The notes: a model not told the origin generated them from the letters alone. Positions 1-10,883 are shown, counted from the stretch's first letter. The stretch is 64,000 nucleotides of DNA from Gemmatimonadales bacterium (GCA_041615815.1 JBFJCP010000021.1:18638-82637); one strand, 5' to 3'. Program-made: numbers and translations.

Positions 1-1269
1 GCCAGCCCGCGGCAACGCATTCACGAATGAAGCTTTGGCAGGGTGGGTGTGCATGTAGCGAAGCAGGGCGGTGAGGGCCCGCGGCGTAATCAGATTCCCG
101 CTCGACAGTCCGGAACCGTCGTCGAGTGCAAACGTCGTCGAATCGATGCCGACGGAATCGACCAGAAAACGACCGATCACCTCGAGCCCCCGTTCCCACG
201 ATCCCTCGCTGCCCATCTCCCGCCCCAGCGTCTTGACGAGCATCTCGGCGAACCAGTTCTGACTGGAGTTGAGGATGGGAAAGAGCCGATCGGCCAGCGA
301 TCGTGACGGGAACTCGACGAGCGGCTGTGCGGAACGTACGCCCAGGTAGCGAAGGCTGTCCGTGGTGGAGGAAGTGGGTCCGCCGATGCTCACGCCGCGC
401 GTTTCGAGTGCCCGTCGCAGGGCCTGGACAAAAAAGAGATTGGGATCGGGGAGCGCGAAGTACTCGGTCTTCGCGGGATGGTCGAGAGGAACGGTTCCCT
501 CGGCCCAGATTCGCATCGTCCCTGGTTCGCGAAAGAAATCGATAGTGCGGCGGCCACCTGGTCTGACGGTGCGAGCCCGGTTCTCGAAGTCGAAGTTGTC
601 GAGCAACGGCTCGAAGGCGACGACCGCGGGGCTTCCGACTCGCGGGCCGGGTCCCCATGTCACATTCACGCTATTGTCGTTGAATCCGAGCCCCGAGACG
701 GGTGCTGCATACCACCAGTTCAGGTCGTAGGCTTCCCACGCCGGGTGCACGAGCTCTGGCTCGAAGTAGCTGCCATCGCCGACCAGACCGCCGGCGACCT
801 GCCGGATGCCGGCACTCACGATGCTGTCTGCCAGGGCGTCCATACGCGTCCACAGGTCGTCACAGGCGCCTGGGGCGAGTGAGTCTACGCCGTAGCACCG
901 CTCCGAAAAGGTGGGATCGCCTCGTCCGTACACGACGAGATCGCCGCCCAGGGTCCCATCCACCAGCGGGCCGGTGCCGTAGACGCTCGTGATGATGCGA
1001 TGATCCGGGGGGAACAGGGCGGCGGCGGCGGTTGCGACGAGGAGCTTGGCATTGGACGCCGGAATGAACAGCCGTTCCGCGTTTCGCGCATAGAGCGTGC
1101 GTCCCGTTTCATCCGTGAGATGAACGCCCCAGCTGGCGCGGTTGAATGGGCGCGCGTCTAGCAGGGCGTCGAGGCGGTTCCCCAGGCCGTCCTGGGCGAC
1201 GACGGGCGAGGCGAGTAAGAGCAGGGCGAACCATCCGACGTGGGGGGATGGCACTAGGACAGGCTTCAT
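1..1269 (-). CDS. dacB: D-alanyl-D-alanine carboxypeptidase/endopeptidase (PBP4, peptidase S13), 3' end outside the window
   Basis: Hand translation (not in the ORF track): MKPVLVPSPHVGWFALLLLASPVVAQ signal peptide, PASNAK SxxK motif, GDLVVYGRGDP, DGSGLS, ALPRAG at the window edge. Confidence 0.88.
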   Translation of the reverse strand, partial: MKPVLVPSPHVGWFALLLLASPVVAQDGLGNRLDALLDARPFNRASWGVHLTDETGRTLYARNAERLFIPASNAKLLVATAAAALFPPDHRIITSVYGTGPLVDGTLGGDLVVYGRGDPTFSERCYGVDSLAPGACDDLWTRMDALADSIVSAGIRQVAGGLVGDGSYFEPELVHPAWEAYDLNWWYAAPVSGLGFNDNSVNVTWGPGPRVGSPAVVAFEPLLDNFDFENRARTVRPGGRRTIDFFREPGTMRIWAEGTVPLDHPAKTEYFALPDPNLFFVQALRRALETRGVSIGGPTSSTTDSLRYLGVRSAQPLVEFPSRSLADRLFPILNSSQNWFAEMLVKTLGREMGSEGSWERGLEVIGRFLVDSVGIDSTTFALDDGSGLSSGNLITPRALTALLRYMHTHPAKASFVNALPRAG

Positions 1270-1360
1270 AGAGATATTGAAAGTTCGAATGCGTCGATTG
1301 GTCGGAGGTGGTTGCGGTCGCAAGGTACGAGACCCCGGAGCGAGCGTCAATCGCGAGGTG

Positions 1361-3514
1361 GTGAGCGGGTGGAGGCGTGTGTCCCCGGTCCCCGCGGTGA
1401 TCGTCCTGGCGAGTGTCCTGTTCCTGCCGGGGGCGCTCGATGCCCAGAATGGCGACGACGAGGAAGACCTCGTGGTTCGTGGACTTTCGTTTACGGGCAA
1501 CCGCGCCATCGACGATTACACGCTCCGGGTATCCATTGCCACTTCCAACTCGTCCTTCTTCGCCCGGGCCATCCCGTTTCGCTGGTTGGGGTTCCTGGGG
1601 GAGAAGAAGTACTTCGACGAGCGCGAGTTCCGGTTGGACGTTCTGCGCATTCAGACGCTGTACCGCGCCAGCGGCTACGTGGGGGTTCAGGTAGATACCA
1701 CGGTTCGCCGCAGCGACAATTCCGTGAGTCTCAGTTTTCGCATTCGCGAAGGCCAGCCGATCCGCATCACAGCGCTGTCCGTTGGTGGTGCGGACGAGAT
1801 CGTATCCCAACGTCGGCTCTTGGGACGGATTCCGTTGCAGGTGGGCGACCCCTTCAACCGGCTGTTGATTCAGGCCTCGACCGATACCATTCGTGCGGCG
1901 CTGCGAAATCGGGGCTATCCCTACGCCGAGGTGTTCCGGAACTTCGACGAAGATCGCGAGAATCTCAGTGCGGACGTGCGTTTCGAGGTCGATCCCGGGC
2001 CGTTCGCAAGAATCGACACGATCGAGATCGTGGGGAACGACGAGTACGACGACAAGGTGATCCGGCGAGTGCTCTCGGTCCGGGAAGGACAGCCGTTCAG
2101 CCAGCGTTCCCTCAACGAGAGCCAGCTCGATCTCTATCGCTTGAATGCCTTCAATTACGCCAGCGTCGTGCTCAAGGATTCTCTTCCGGAGTCGCTTGAC
2201 GACTCGTTGGTGACCGTGCTGGTCCAGGTTGCCGAAGGGCCGCTGCGGCGCGTGCGTCTCGGCGCCGGGTACGGTACGATCGATTGTTTTCGGACCAGGG
2301 GGTCGTGGACGTTGAATAATTTCATGGGTGACGCCCAGACCCTTGAATTGAATGCCCGCGTCTCTCGTATTGGGGCCGGCGATCCCCTCACCGCCGGCTT
2401 CGAAGAGTCGGTGTGCCCAGGTTTGCGTCGAGAGGACTCACGGTTCCTCAAGCTCAACTACAACGTGTCGGTAGCCTTTCGGGAGCCTTTTCTCTTTGAC
2501 CGTCGTACCAGCGCCACGTTGTCCGTGACGGCGGAGCGTCACAGCGAGTTCCGCGCGTTTCTGCGAGAGGCGTACGGTGGCGAGCTGGCGGTCACTCGCC
2601 AAACACCGGTCCGGGTCCCAATCACGGTCACCTATGCACTGATGTTCGACCGGACGGAGGCCGATCCCGCCACCTTTTGCACGTTCCTGGACGTGTGTGA
2701 TCTCCAGAGCACCGATATTTTCACGGAGTTCCGGCGGCGCTCGATGGTATCGGTCGGCGTCGTGCGCGATCGGACCGACTCTCCGCTCGATCCCACGCGT
2801 GGCACGTTGCTGCGCTTCGACGTACGGCACGCGTCCCGGTTCATCGGCTCCGATACGCTCCGCCAGTTCACCAAGGGGGTGTTCGACTTCGCGTCCCATC
2901 ACCGCGTGGGCCGCCAGAGTGTGTTCAGCTGGCGGGTGCGGCTGGGCGGCGTCACCGGCCCTACCATCCAGCTGACTGGCGACGAGGATCGCTTCATACC
3001 GCCGGAGGAGCGGTTCTACGGGGGTGGTGCGAATAGCGTGCGGGGGTTCAGCCAAAACGAGCTGGGGCCGCTGGTGCGTGTGCTCGAGCGATCCCTGGAT
3101 ACGCTCGTCATGAACGGCGATACCGCCTTTGCACCGGACACGGTGATCCGGACGTCGCCCAGCGGCGGGGATGCGGCATTGTTTGCAAGCGTCGAGTATC
3201 GCTTTCCACTGACACGGCGGCTCTCAGGCGCGATCTTCGTGGATGCCGGTCAGGTCTTCGATCGCAACGACGAACGCACCACGCCAGGTCTCCGCGTGAC
3301 GCCGGGAGCCGGAATGAGACTCGCCTCGCCGATTGGACCCATTCGCCTCGATATCGGGTTCAATCCCTACGAGCCGCAGGCGAGCCCGCTCTTCGAGGTT
3401 CGCGAGAGTCCCGACGAAGTGCTCGAACTCGTGCGGCTCCCGGATGATTTCGTGCCCCGACGGGGATTCTTGGGGCGCTTCCGGTTCCACTTCTCGGTTG
3501 GGCAGGCATTCTGA
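1361..3514 (+). CDS. Omp85/BamA-TamA family outer membrane protein (POTRA repeats plus beta-barrel)
   Basis: Signal peptide, POTRA-like repeats, RFYGGGANSVRGF motif, C-terminal FHFSVGQAF; directly upstream of tamB; start codon (GTG 1361) uncertain. Confidence 0.88.
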   Translation: MSGWRRVSPVPAVIVLASVLFLPGALDAQNGDDEEDLVVRGLSFTGNRAIDDYTLRVSIATSNSSFFARAIPFRWLGFLGEKKYFDEREFRLDVLRIQTLYRASGYVGVQVDTTVRRSDNSVSLSFRIREGQPIRITALSVGGADEIVSQRRLLGRIPLQVGDPFNRLLIQASTDTIRAALRNRGYPYAEVFRNFDEDRENLSADVRFEVDPGPFARIDTIEIVGNDEYDDKVIRRVLSVREGQPFSQRSLNESQLDLYRLNAFNYASVVLKDSLPESLDDSLVTVLVQVAEGPLRRVRLGAGYGTIDCFRTRGSWTLNNFMGDAQTLELNARVSRIGAGDPLTAGFEESVCPGLRREDSRFLKLNYNVSVAFREPFLFDRRTSATLSVTAERHSEFRAFLREAYGGELAVTRQTPVRVPITVTYALMFDRTEADPATFCTFLDVCDLQSTDIFTEFRRRSMVSVGVVRDRTDSPLDPTRGTLLRFDVRHASRFIGSDTLRQFTKGVFDFASHHRVGRQSVFSWRVRLGGVTGPTIQLTGDEDRFIPPEERFYGGGANSVRGFSQNELGPLVRVLERSLDTLVMNGDTAFAPDTVIRTSPSGGDAALFASVEYRFPLTRRLSGAIFVDAGQVFDRNDERTTPGLRVTPGAGMRLASPIGPIRLDIGFNPYEPQASPLFEVRESPDEVLELVRLPDDFVPRRGFLGRFRFHFSVGQAF

Positions 3515-6500
3515 TGACTCGACTCGGAGTCTGGGCGGCGATTGCAGCTTGCTGGATTGCCGGGTCGTTCCTGGGTATGGCTGGGGTGGCCCTGAGGACC
3601 GAGGTGGGGCGGGAACTGGTCTCCCGCACCGCCGTTGGATTGTTGAACGATCGTATCAACGGTCGGCTCACGATGGGCGAGCTCGACGGGTCGTTCATTG
3701 ACGGTCTCGAAATTCACGATATCGTGCTGCGCGGACCGAACGACGAGACAGTCATAGCGCTCGATCGCCTGCAGCTGCGCTACCGTCTCGCCGATCTCCT
3801 GAGCCGCCGGATCGTCTTGGGCCAACTCATCCTGGAGCGACCGCGGGTGAACCTCACCCAGAGTCGGCCGGGCGCACCGTTCACGCTTGGCGAGGTCTTC
3901 GCGTCCGATTCGGGCGGCGGTGGGGGGTCAACATTCCTGATTGCCTTCAACGACGTCCAGATCCGCGACGGTTCACTTCTCATACGCACGCCGGCCGACT
4001 CGATGGACCCGGGTGTGGTGGAAGGAGAAGTGGGTGCGGAGAGTTATCTGCGTCTGCGCCGGATCGAAGGGATCACGGCGGAGTTCGACTACCTCCGGGT
4101 TTCCTCGCCCCGTCCCGAGGACCGTGGCCTGCTCGCGAACATCAGCAGGCTCGGCGCTTCGGTCTCCGATCCCGCAGTCAGTGTCGCGAATCTCGCTGGA
4201 CGAGCACGGCTGGTCGGAGATTCGCTCGAGGTCGACCTCTCCGAGTTGCACCTTGCTGAAACGCGGGCGCGAGCGCGTGGGGCGCTGGTTTTTCGCGGCG
4301 GCCTGTCACTCGATTTGGATGTGGAGGTCGACCCCATTGTCACCGACGAGCTTCGGGCGCTGATACCAGAATTGCCCGCGGGGCTTCGGGGGTCGGCGAA
4401 TGTCCGAGTCAATGGATCGCCGGACGGCGTGCTCAGGACCGATGCGCGCGAGCTGGATCTCGCGGGTATCGGTGGTGGGGGTGACGTACGTGGCAGGCTG
4501 GGAATCCTGTTGCGCCCCGGAGGCAACTGGGCATTTCGGGACACCGATCTCGATCTCCGTACCTTCGATCTCGAATATGTCCGGGGGTTCCTCGACACCC
4601 TCCCGGTGGCCGGACGCCTCACTGGCAACGTCAAGGCCGTGGGCCCCAAGGAGCGTCTCGCCGTTGAGATTGACGTCGTGCTGCGGGATTCGCTCGTGGA
4701 GGGTTGGCCCGAGTCACAGATCCGGGGTGCCGGCGATCTTCGGTTAGACGAGGGTCTTGTGTTTGACGGATTCCGCTTGCGCAACACCCGGCTCGATTTG
4801 GCGACCGTGCGGCGCATGCTCCCCAGCATCCAATTACTCGGTAGCATGCTGGCGAGCGGGACGCTCAATGGCCCGTGGAACGAGATGCGGTTCAACGGGA
4901 CGCTCCGGCACCGGCACGCACCGGGACCGGAGAGTCTGGTGCGGGGCACGATGCGGGTGGACGCCACGGGTGATCCGGTGGGCGTGTGGGCAGACGTCTT
5001 TCTCGATTCGCTCCGTTTCGAGGGCCTCAGGTCCAGTTACCCGGCCATCATCGTGGGAGGGTCCTTTGCGGGGCGGGTGCTTCTTTCCGGGTACATGGAC
5101 TCGCTGCAAATGGATGCCCGGCTCGCGGGACCCGCCGGCCGAATCGCCATCGACGGTGCGGTCCTTCTGTACGGCGGCGATTTGGGGGCGCACGACGTGG
5201 TGCTCGGGGCGGATCAGGTGAACCTGGAGCGCTTGCACCCGAAGCTGCCTCCCACGGCCGTCAATGGCGACATACGGCTGGCGGGCGTGAACCGCCCGGC
5301 CACGCCCCCTCGTTGGACGGCATCGGTGGCGCTGAGTCGGTCCCTCCTGCGCGACGTGCCCCTGGACAGCGTTCTTGGCAGGGTCGTGTTGGGGGACACG
5401 CTGCTGCGGGTGGACACGCTGGACGTGTGGACCGAGGGAATGTACGCGGACGCCCACGGGGCCATCGGCTTGGAGGCGCCGCACCGCGGCGTATTGGTGG
5501 CTAGAGCAAACGCGGACTCGATTGGTGTATTCGAGCCGCTGATGGCGGCGTTGTTGGGTCAGCCGGACTCGGCCCTCGCCGCGCTGCCGCCTTCGGGGGC
5601 CGTGGCCATCGCCATGGAGCTTCACGGAGCTCTGGACGCGTACGAGCTCGAGGCACAATTCGAGGCCCGTGACGTGCGGCGAGCAGATATCTACGTCTCA
5701 CGGCTGAGCGGCAACGTTCGGTGGCGGTCTCCCTTCGTAAATGCCGTGCTCGACGCGAATCTCGATTCGCTTCGGATGGGCGGCCTGTCGTTCAGTGGCT
5801 TGGAGGCCCGCGTGCGTGGTCACGCTGACTCGATGGGTTGGTTTGCGCGCGCCCGGTTCGGGAGTATCGGTTCCTGGATTGCCGGGGGACAGCTCCTGGT
5901 GGACACGGCGGGGTACATGGTCCCGCTGGATTCGATGGCGTTTCTGCTCCCCACTGGCGCGTGGTTCTTGGACTCCGCGGCCACGGTCGCCGCGAGCGAC
6001 AGCGGAATAGACTTCGGGGATCTGACCCTTCGCAGCGCCACCGGCGCGGCTCGCGTATCCCTGGACGGACGCCTCCCGCTTCGGGGACCCGCCAGTTTGC
6101 AGGGGACCTTCGAGGCCGTGTCCCTGGGGGACGTGGCTATGTTGCTCCAGCGATTCTCCGGCGAGCTCGATGGCGAGCTGAGCGGGAGGTTGCGACTCGG
6201 CGGGATCGCGCGGGCGCCCACCATCGAAGCCACCGCGTCGCTGCGCGACGGTGTTTTCCAGACTCTTCGGATTCCATTCCTCGACGGCGAGATCGACTAT
6301 CGCGACCAGCATCTGAGTGGTGCCTTTGCGCTGTGGCGACGGGGCGAGCGGTTCGTGGAGGTCGACGTTCAGCTCCCCATCGATCTCGCGCTCACGGCGG
6401 TCGAGCGGCGGCAACTGCCTGGGGAACTCACCGTCCGTGCCGTGGCGGACAGCATGCCCCTGTCGTTCGTCGAGGCCGTGGTGCCGGTGATCCGGCGCAG

Positions 6501-7857
6501 CAGCGGGACCGCAACGGCCGACGTGGCGATCCGTGGCTCCTGGGAGGAGCCGGAGCTGGCAGGCCGAGTCACCATCCGCGACGGCGCCACGAGCTTTCCG
6601 GCCCTGGGTGTCCGCCACGAACGGTTGAACGGGACGTTGGTGCTCACCGGAGAGACGATTCGGATCGAGGAATTCTCTCTGCGGAGTGGCCGAGGCACCG
6701 CGCAGGTGAGTGGCACAGTCACGCTCGAAGAGCTCACAAGCCCGCGCCTCGACCTGCGAATCAGTGCGCGGGACTTCCACGCCGTGAACCTGCGGGATTT
6801 CCTGAACCTCAACGCCACCGGCGAACTCGAGCTCACCGGCCCTCCGCTCGGCGCGGTGGTGACGGGCTCCGGGACGGCCACCCGGGGGGAGTTCTACTTT
6901 GCGGACCTCATCACCAAGCAGGTCATCAATCTCGAGGATACGCTTTTCGCGTCGTTTGTGGATACGACGTTAATCCGTGAGCAGCGATTGGGGACCGCCT
7001 TCACGCGGCGGTTCCTCGATAGCCTGCGCGTGCAGAATCTCAGCGTCAGCATGGGCAACGACGTGTGGCTGCGGTCCAGCGAGGCCAACATCCAGCTCGC
7101 GGGTAACCTGACGGTCAACAAGGCGCGGAACGAGTATCGCATGACCGGGACGCTCGTGGCGCAACGCGGGACGTATCGTCTGCCACTGGGACCGGTGACG
7201 AGGGAGTTCACGGTGACCCGTGGCGAGGTGCGCTACTTCGGAACGACGGACCTGGATGCCGACGTCGACATCGATGCCCAACACGTGGTGCGGACTGCGC
7301 GTGGCGAGGATGTCACGGTCTTCGTGCACATCGGGGGCACAGTCTACGATCCCCGGCTCACGCTGTCCAGCGATTTTCGACCGGCGCTCTCGGAGCCCGA
7401 GATCATCAATTACCTGCTCTTCGGCGCGCCGAGCCTGCAGGCCTTGACGACCGACACACGCGGGCAAAACTCGGGGATTGGCGATCAGGCCGTCTCGCAA
7501 CTCGCGGGTGTGCTCTCGGGTCAGCTCGAGTACGCGCTGATCTCGGACCTCGGGGTGCCTCTGGACTACGTGCAGATTCGCCCCGGGGACATCGGCAGGG
7601 GGCTCTCCGGGACTGAAATCGCGATTGGTAAGCAATTCACGTTGCTCGGGACGACGGCCTTTCTCACCGCGAGCCCGCGCATCTGTCCGAGGCAGGCGTT
7701 CAGCGCGGCCAACGTGGGCGCGAGCCTCGAGTTTCGGCTCACGCGCCACTGGTTGTTTGCCGCCAGCGCGGACCCGCTGCGAGGCTGTGATGGGTTGGCG
7801 ACGTCGAACCTCACCTACCAGTTCGGACTCGACCTGTTGTGGGAGAAGAGCTACTGA
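3514..7857 (+). CDS. tamB: Translocation and assembly module TamB (AsmA-like, DUF490 C-terminus)
   Basis: 1447 aa, N-terminal membrane anchor, beta-taco repeats, C-terminal PRLTLSS..EIINYLLFG; TGATG overlap with the Omp85 gene. Confidence 0.88.
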   Translation: MTRLGVWAAIAACWIAGSFLGMAGVALRTEVGRELVSRTAVGLLNDRINGRLTMGELDGSFIDGLEIHDIVLRGPNDETVIALDRLQLRYRLADLLSRRIVLGQLILERPRVNLTQSRPGAPFTLGEVFASDSGGGGGSTFLIAFNDVQIRDGSLLIRTPADSMDPGVVEGEVGAESYLRLRRIEGITAEFDYLRVSSPRPEDRGLLANISRLGASVSDPAVSVANLAGRARLVGDSLEVDLSELHLAETRARARGALVFRGGLSLDLDVEVDPIVTDELRALIPELPAGLRGSANVRVNGSPDGVLRTDARELDLAGIGGGGDVRGRLGILLRPGGNWAFRDTDLDLRTFDLEYVRGFLDTLPVAGRLTGNVKAVGPKERLAVEIDVVLRDSLVEGWPESQIRGAGDLRLDEGLVFDGFRLRNTRLDLATVRRMLPSIQLLGSMLASGTLNGPWNEMRFNGTLRHRHAPGPESLVRGTMRVDATGDPVGVWADVFLDSLRFEGLRSSYPAIIVGGSFAGRVLLSGYMDSLQMDARLAGPAGRIAIDGAVLLYGGDLGAHDVVLGADQVNLERLHPKLPPTAVNGDIRLAGVNRPATPPRWTASVALSRSLLRDVPLDSVLGRVVLGDTLLRVDTLDVWTEGMYADAHGAIGLEAPHRGVLVARANADSIGVFEPLMAALLGQPDSALAALPPSGAVAIAMELHGALDAYELEAQFEARDVRRADIYVSRLSGNVRWRSPFVNAVLDANLDSLRMGGLSFSGLEARVRGHADSMGWFARARFGSIGSWIAGGQLLVDTAGYMVPLDSMAFLLPTGAWFLDSAATVAASDSGIDFGDLTLRSATGAARVSLDGRLPLRGPASLQGTFEAVSLGDVAMLLQRFSGELDGELSGRLRLGGIARAPTIEATASLRDGVFQTLRIPFLDGEIDYRDQHLSGAFALWRRGERFVEVDVQLPIDLALTAVERRQLPGELTVRAVADSMPLSFVEAVVPVIRRSSGTATADVAIRGSWEEPELAGRVTIRDGATSFPALGVRHERLNGTLVLTGETIRIEEFSLRSGRGTAQVSGTVTLEELTSPRLDLRISARDFHAVNLRDFLNLNATGELELTGPPLGAVVTGSGTATRGEFYFADLITKQVINLEDTLFASFVDTTLIREQRLGTAFTRRFLDSLRVQNLSVSMGNDVWLRSSEANIQLAGNLTVNKARNEYRMTGTLVAQRGTYRLPLGPVTREFTVTRGEVRYFGTTDLDADVDIDAQHVVRTARGEDVTVFVHIGGTVYDPRLTLSSDFRPALSEPEIINYLLFGAPSLQALTTDTRGQNSGIGDQAVSQLAGVLSGQLEYALISDLGVPLDYVQIRPGDIGRGLSGTEIAIGKQFTLLGTTAFLTASPRICPRQAFSAANVGASLEFRLTRHWLFAASADPLRGCDGLATSNLTYQFGLDLLWEKSY

Positions 7858-8753
7858 TGGCTCGGGCGCTTCTGATCTACAATCCAGTGGCTTCCCGCAC
7901 CGATCCGGAGATCGTCGAGTCCATTACCAAGGTCTTTGCGCGCGAGGGGTGGCAGGTGGACGTGGCGGGCACCACCCGGCCGGGGCATGCCGATGAGCTG
8001 GCGCGCCAAGGTGTCGAGGAAGGAGTGGACGCTGTTGCCGTCTACGGGGGCGATGGGACGGTCATGCAGGCGGTCCGAGCGGTCGTGGGGCACGAGATTC
8101 CCGTTGGTCTCATCCCGGCCGGTACCGGCAACCTGCTGGCGGGCAACCTCGGCATTCCCCGCAAGCCGCAGGAGGCGGCCCGGATCGTGGTCCGCGGGGT
8201 CTCCCGGGCGATCGACCTGGGTCGGGTCGAGCGGGATGCCGAAACGCACTACTTTGCCGTCGCGGCTGGTGCGGGACTCGATGCCATCATCATGGGCGGA
8301 ACCTCGACGTCGGCCAAGCGCCGCTGGGGCATGGGTGCGTACATTGCCACGCTGGCGGGCACGCTCTCCGCGCTCAAGCCCATTCCGTATCGCATTACCG
8401 TGGACGGGACCACGCTGCACACCGATGCGGTGACCGTGCTCGTGGCGAATTGCGGTGAGATCATTCCCGGGCTTCTCCGTCTCAAGGAGGACATTCGGTT
8501 CGACGACGGTTTTCTCGACGTCGTGATCCTCCGAGCGGAGACGGCGCTTCGGGGGATTGGCGTGCTTGGCCGGCTGCTCTTGGGCCGGACCACGGACACG
8601 CGACAGATTCGCTATGCGCGCGGCAGGTGCATCACCGTCGAGGCGGACGAAGTCCGACCGGTTGAAATGGACGGCGATCTGGCTGGCGAAACCCCCTTTA
8701 CCGCCGTGGTGGAAGCCAGCGCCGTGCGGGTGTTGGTCCCGAACGGTCGGTGA
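7857..8753 (+). CDS. Diacylglycerol/lipid kinase family protein (YegS/DagK-like)
   Basis: IYNP, GGDGT, PAGTGN and DGD motifs; TGATG overlap with tamB. Confidence 0.9.
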   Translation: MARALLIYNPVASRTDPEIVESITKVFAREGWQVDVAGTTRPGHADELARQGVEEGVDAVAVYGGDGTVMQAVRAVVGHEIPVGLIPAGTGNLLAGNLGIPRKPQEAARIVVRGVSRAIDLGRVERDAETHYFAVAAGAGLDAIIMGGTSTSAKRRWGMGAYIATLAGTLSALKPIPYRITVDGTTLHTDAVTVLVANCGEIIPGLLRLKEDIRFDDGFLDVVILRAETALRGIGVLGRLLLGRTTDTRQIRYARGRCITVEADEVRPVEMDGDLAGETPFTAVVEASAVRVLVPNGR

Positions 8754-8804
8754 ACGAAGGCCCGCCGCGCGGGCCGTCCGGAGTCTCCAGAGAGGACTTG
8801 GAAC

Positions 8805-8990
8805 ATGCCGAAAGAAGTCGATGCCATGGTGTGTCGCGCATGCGGCAATCAGGAGCGTGCCTCGGAGGGATACCCTTGCGATGGTTGCGGCACTTTCATC
8901 TGTCTGATCTGCTCCATGCGCGGCGTCACGCACTGCAAGAACTGCCGCGACCAAGGCGCCGACGCAGCCGCCCCCCCCGAACCCAGCTAA
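8805..8990 (+). CDS. Small Cys-rich putative double zinc-finger protein
   Basis: 61 aa with four CxxC pairs (CRAC, CDGC, CLIC, CKNC); GAGGA ribosome-binding site upstream; fills the intergenic gap. Confidence 0.75.
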   Translation: MPKEVDAMVCRACGNQERASEGYPCDGCGTFICLICSMRGVTHCKNCRDQGADAAAPPEPS

Positions 8991-9064
8991 CCACCGCGCG
9001 AGCATTCCTTTCACTACACGGCGACGTCGCGGACGCACCGTCCGCGCCGGTGTATCTTTCCCGT

Positions 9065-9760
9065 ATGCGACGACTCATCCTCTTCGATATCGATGGCACG
9101 ATCCTTTGGACGGATGGCGCCGGCCGGAACGCGATCCGGGACGCGCTGCTGGCCGAGATGGGGACCGCCGGGCCCGTCACACGCTTCCGGTTCGACGGCA
9201 AGACCGATCCCCAAATCGTCGCGGAGCTCCTGACGGCAGCCGATCATCCTGCAGCGCAGTCCGAAGCGTCGGTGATGGCGGTGTGCCGTCGCTACGTCGA
9301 GCTCCTCGAACTAGAGCTCCAACAGCGCACTCGTCGCGTTCATGTGTTCGAGGGCGTGCAGACGTTGTTTGAGGCCATCGAGGCTCGGGCCGATGCCTTG
9401 CTCGGGCTGCTGACCGGAAATGTGGAGAGAGGCGCCGCACTCAAGCTCACAGCCGCCGGTATCGACTCGGCGCGCTTTCGGGTCGGCGCCTACGGATCCG
9501 ACTCGCCCCAACGGGCCGAACTCCCGGCCATCGCGGCGAGCCGCGCGGCGCCCATCATGGGTCGCACGCCGACTGGCCCGGATGTCGTCATCATCGGTGA
9601 CACGCCAGCGGACATGACCTGCGGCCGAGGCGTCGGTGCCCGCGCCATTGGTGTTGCCACCGGTGCGTACTCGGTGAATGAGCTGATGCATGCCGGGGCG
9701 TACGCCGCGTTCGAAACCCTCAGCGACACCGCTCGGGTGCTCGACGCCATCGAGGCATGA
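9065..9760 (+). CDS. HAD-family hydrolase (phosphoglycolate phosphatase-like)
   Basis: LILFDIDGT motif I, LLTGN, IIGDTPAD motif IV; start moved to ATG 9065. Confidence 0.9.
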   Translation: MRRLILFDIDGTILWTDGAGRNAIRDALLAEMGTAGPVTRFRFDGKTDPQIVAELLTAADHPAAQSEASVMAVCRRYVELLELELQQRTRRVHVFEGVQTLFEAIEARADALLGLLTGNVERGAALKLTAAGIDSARFRVGAYGSDSPQRAELPAIAASRAAPIMGRTPTGPDVVIIGDTPADMTCGRGVGARAIGVATGAYSVNELMHAGAYAAFETLSDTARVLDAIEA

Positions 9761-10500
9761 GCAGCCCGCAGCTCCTCCTTCCGCTGCGCATCCCCGAACT
9801 CGGACCGCACCTGGGCAAGTTGATCGTGGGTACCGGGCGATCGCCTGGTGGATTTCAGCTCGACGCCATGCGCCACCGACTCGTTTCGCGTGTGCTGAAC
9901 GCGGCAGGCGAAGCTCGCCGGCTGGCAGCACGTGGTGAGCGAGCATCGGCCGTGGCCGCGTTGAATCGCGAGGTCTGGCTCGAGTCGTGGGAGGAGGCCG
10001 TGTCCGGGGTGGCGGAAACGTTGATGGAAGTCGTGGATCGTCACTTGGCCGCAGAAGCCCAAGCCGTGAAGATGCCGCGCCGGTTACGGGCTCGCGTCGC
10101 ACTCGGGGCTGCGGAGAAGCGGGCCCTCACGGCCCGGCTGGGATCCGCAGGGGCGGGGTTGGTGCCGGTGCTCGACGAGTTAGAGCGTCGAGGTGCGGCA
10201 GCGTTGGTGGCCACGGCGCGTGAGCGCGACGCGGTGGCGGCGTGGCAGGCAGGACTGACCGCGGCAGCCCGTCGGCTCGAAGCGGCGTGGATCGCACTCG
10301 AAGATGCGGTGGAGACGCAGGTGAGGCGGTGGCTCACGGTGGCGGATGACATTTCGCGGTGGCGCAAGCCACTCTGGCCGGTACTGGTGGTTGGGTCGTT
10401 CGCTCTGGCAGGCGCCACGTGGCTCGGTCTGGTCTTCGGGGGCTACGTGACGGCTCCGCTCTGGCTCCGCGGTGTCTGGTCCGCCATCGTCGGTCCATGA
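9757..10500 (+). CDS. Hypothetical helical protein with C-terminal transmembrane segment
   Basis: 247 aa ORF with ATGA overlaps on both sides; hydrophobic C-terminus. Confidence 0.7.
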   Translation: MSSPQLLLPLRIPELGPHLGKLIVGTGRSPGGFQLDAMRHRLVSRVLNAAGEARRLAARGERASAVAALNREVWLESWEEAVSGVAETLMEVVDRHLAAEAQAVKMPRRLRARVALGAAEKRALTARLGSAGAGLVPVLDELERRGAAALVATARERDAVAAWQAGLTAAARRLEAAWIALEDAVETQVRRWLTVADDISRWRKPLWPVLVVGSFALAGATWLGLVFGGYVTAPLWLRGVWSAIVGP

Positions 10501-10883
10501 ATGCCGTCGGCGTAGGCATCGATTTGGTCGAGGTCGCGAGGGTGATCCAGATGTTGGAGCAACACGCAGACCGGGCCGTCGAACGCCTCCTCACTGATGG
10601 TGAACGCGAGTACTGCTTTGCCCAGGCGCGACCCGCCGTCCACATCGCCGCGCGCTTGGCGGCGAAAGAGGCAGCGTTCAAGGCGCTCTCCCCCAGCGGT
10701 GAGACTGCCTACCTCCCGTGGCGTGAGTTCGAGGTCATACGAGCTCCCGACGGCGTCCCGAGCCTCAGGCTTCACGGCAAAGCCCGGGAGACCGCCGGGC
10801 GGCTGAAGGTGGCGTCCACCATGGTCTCCCTCACCCATACCCAAGAGCACGCAGCCGCGGTCGTCATCCTCCTTGCCGAATGA
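10497..10883 (+). CDS. acpS: Holo-[acyl-carrier-protein] synthase
   Basis: GVGIDLVE, AARLAAKEAAFKAL, VSLTH motifs. Confidence 0.92.
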   Translation: MNAVGVGIDLVEVARVIQMLEQHADRAVERLLTDGEREYCFAQARPAVHIAARLAAKEAAFKALSPSGETAYLPWREFEVIRAPDGVPSLRLHGKARETAGRLKVASTMVSLTHTQEHAAAVVILLAE

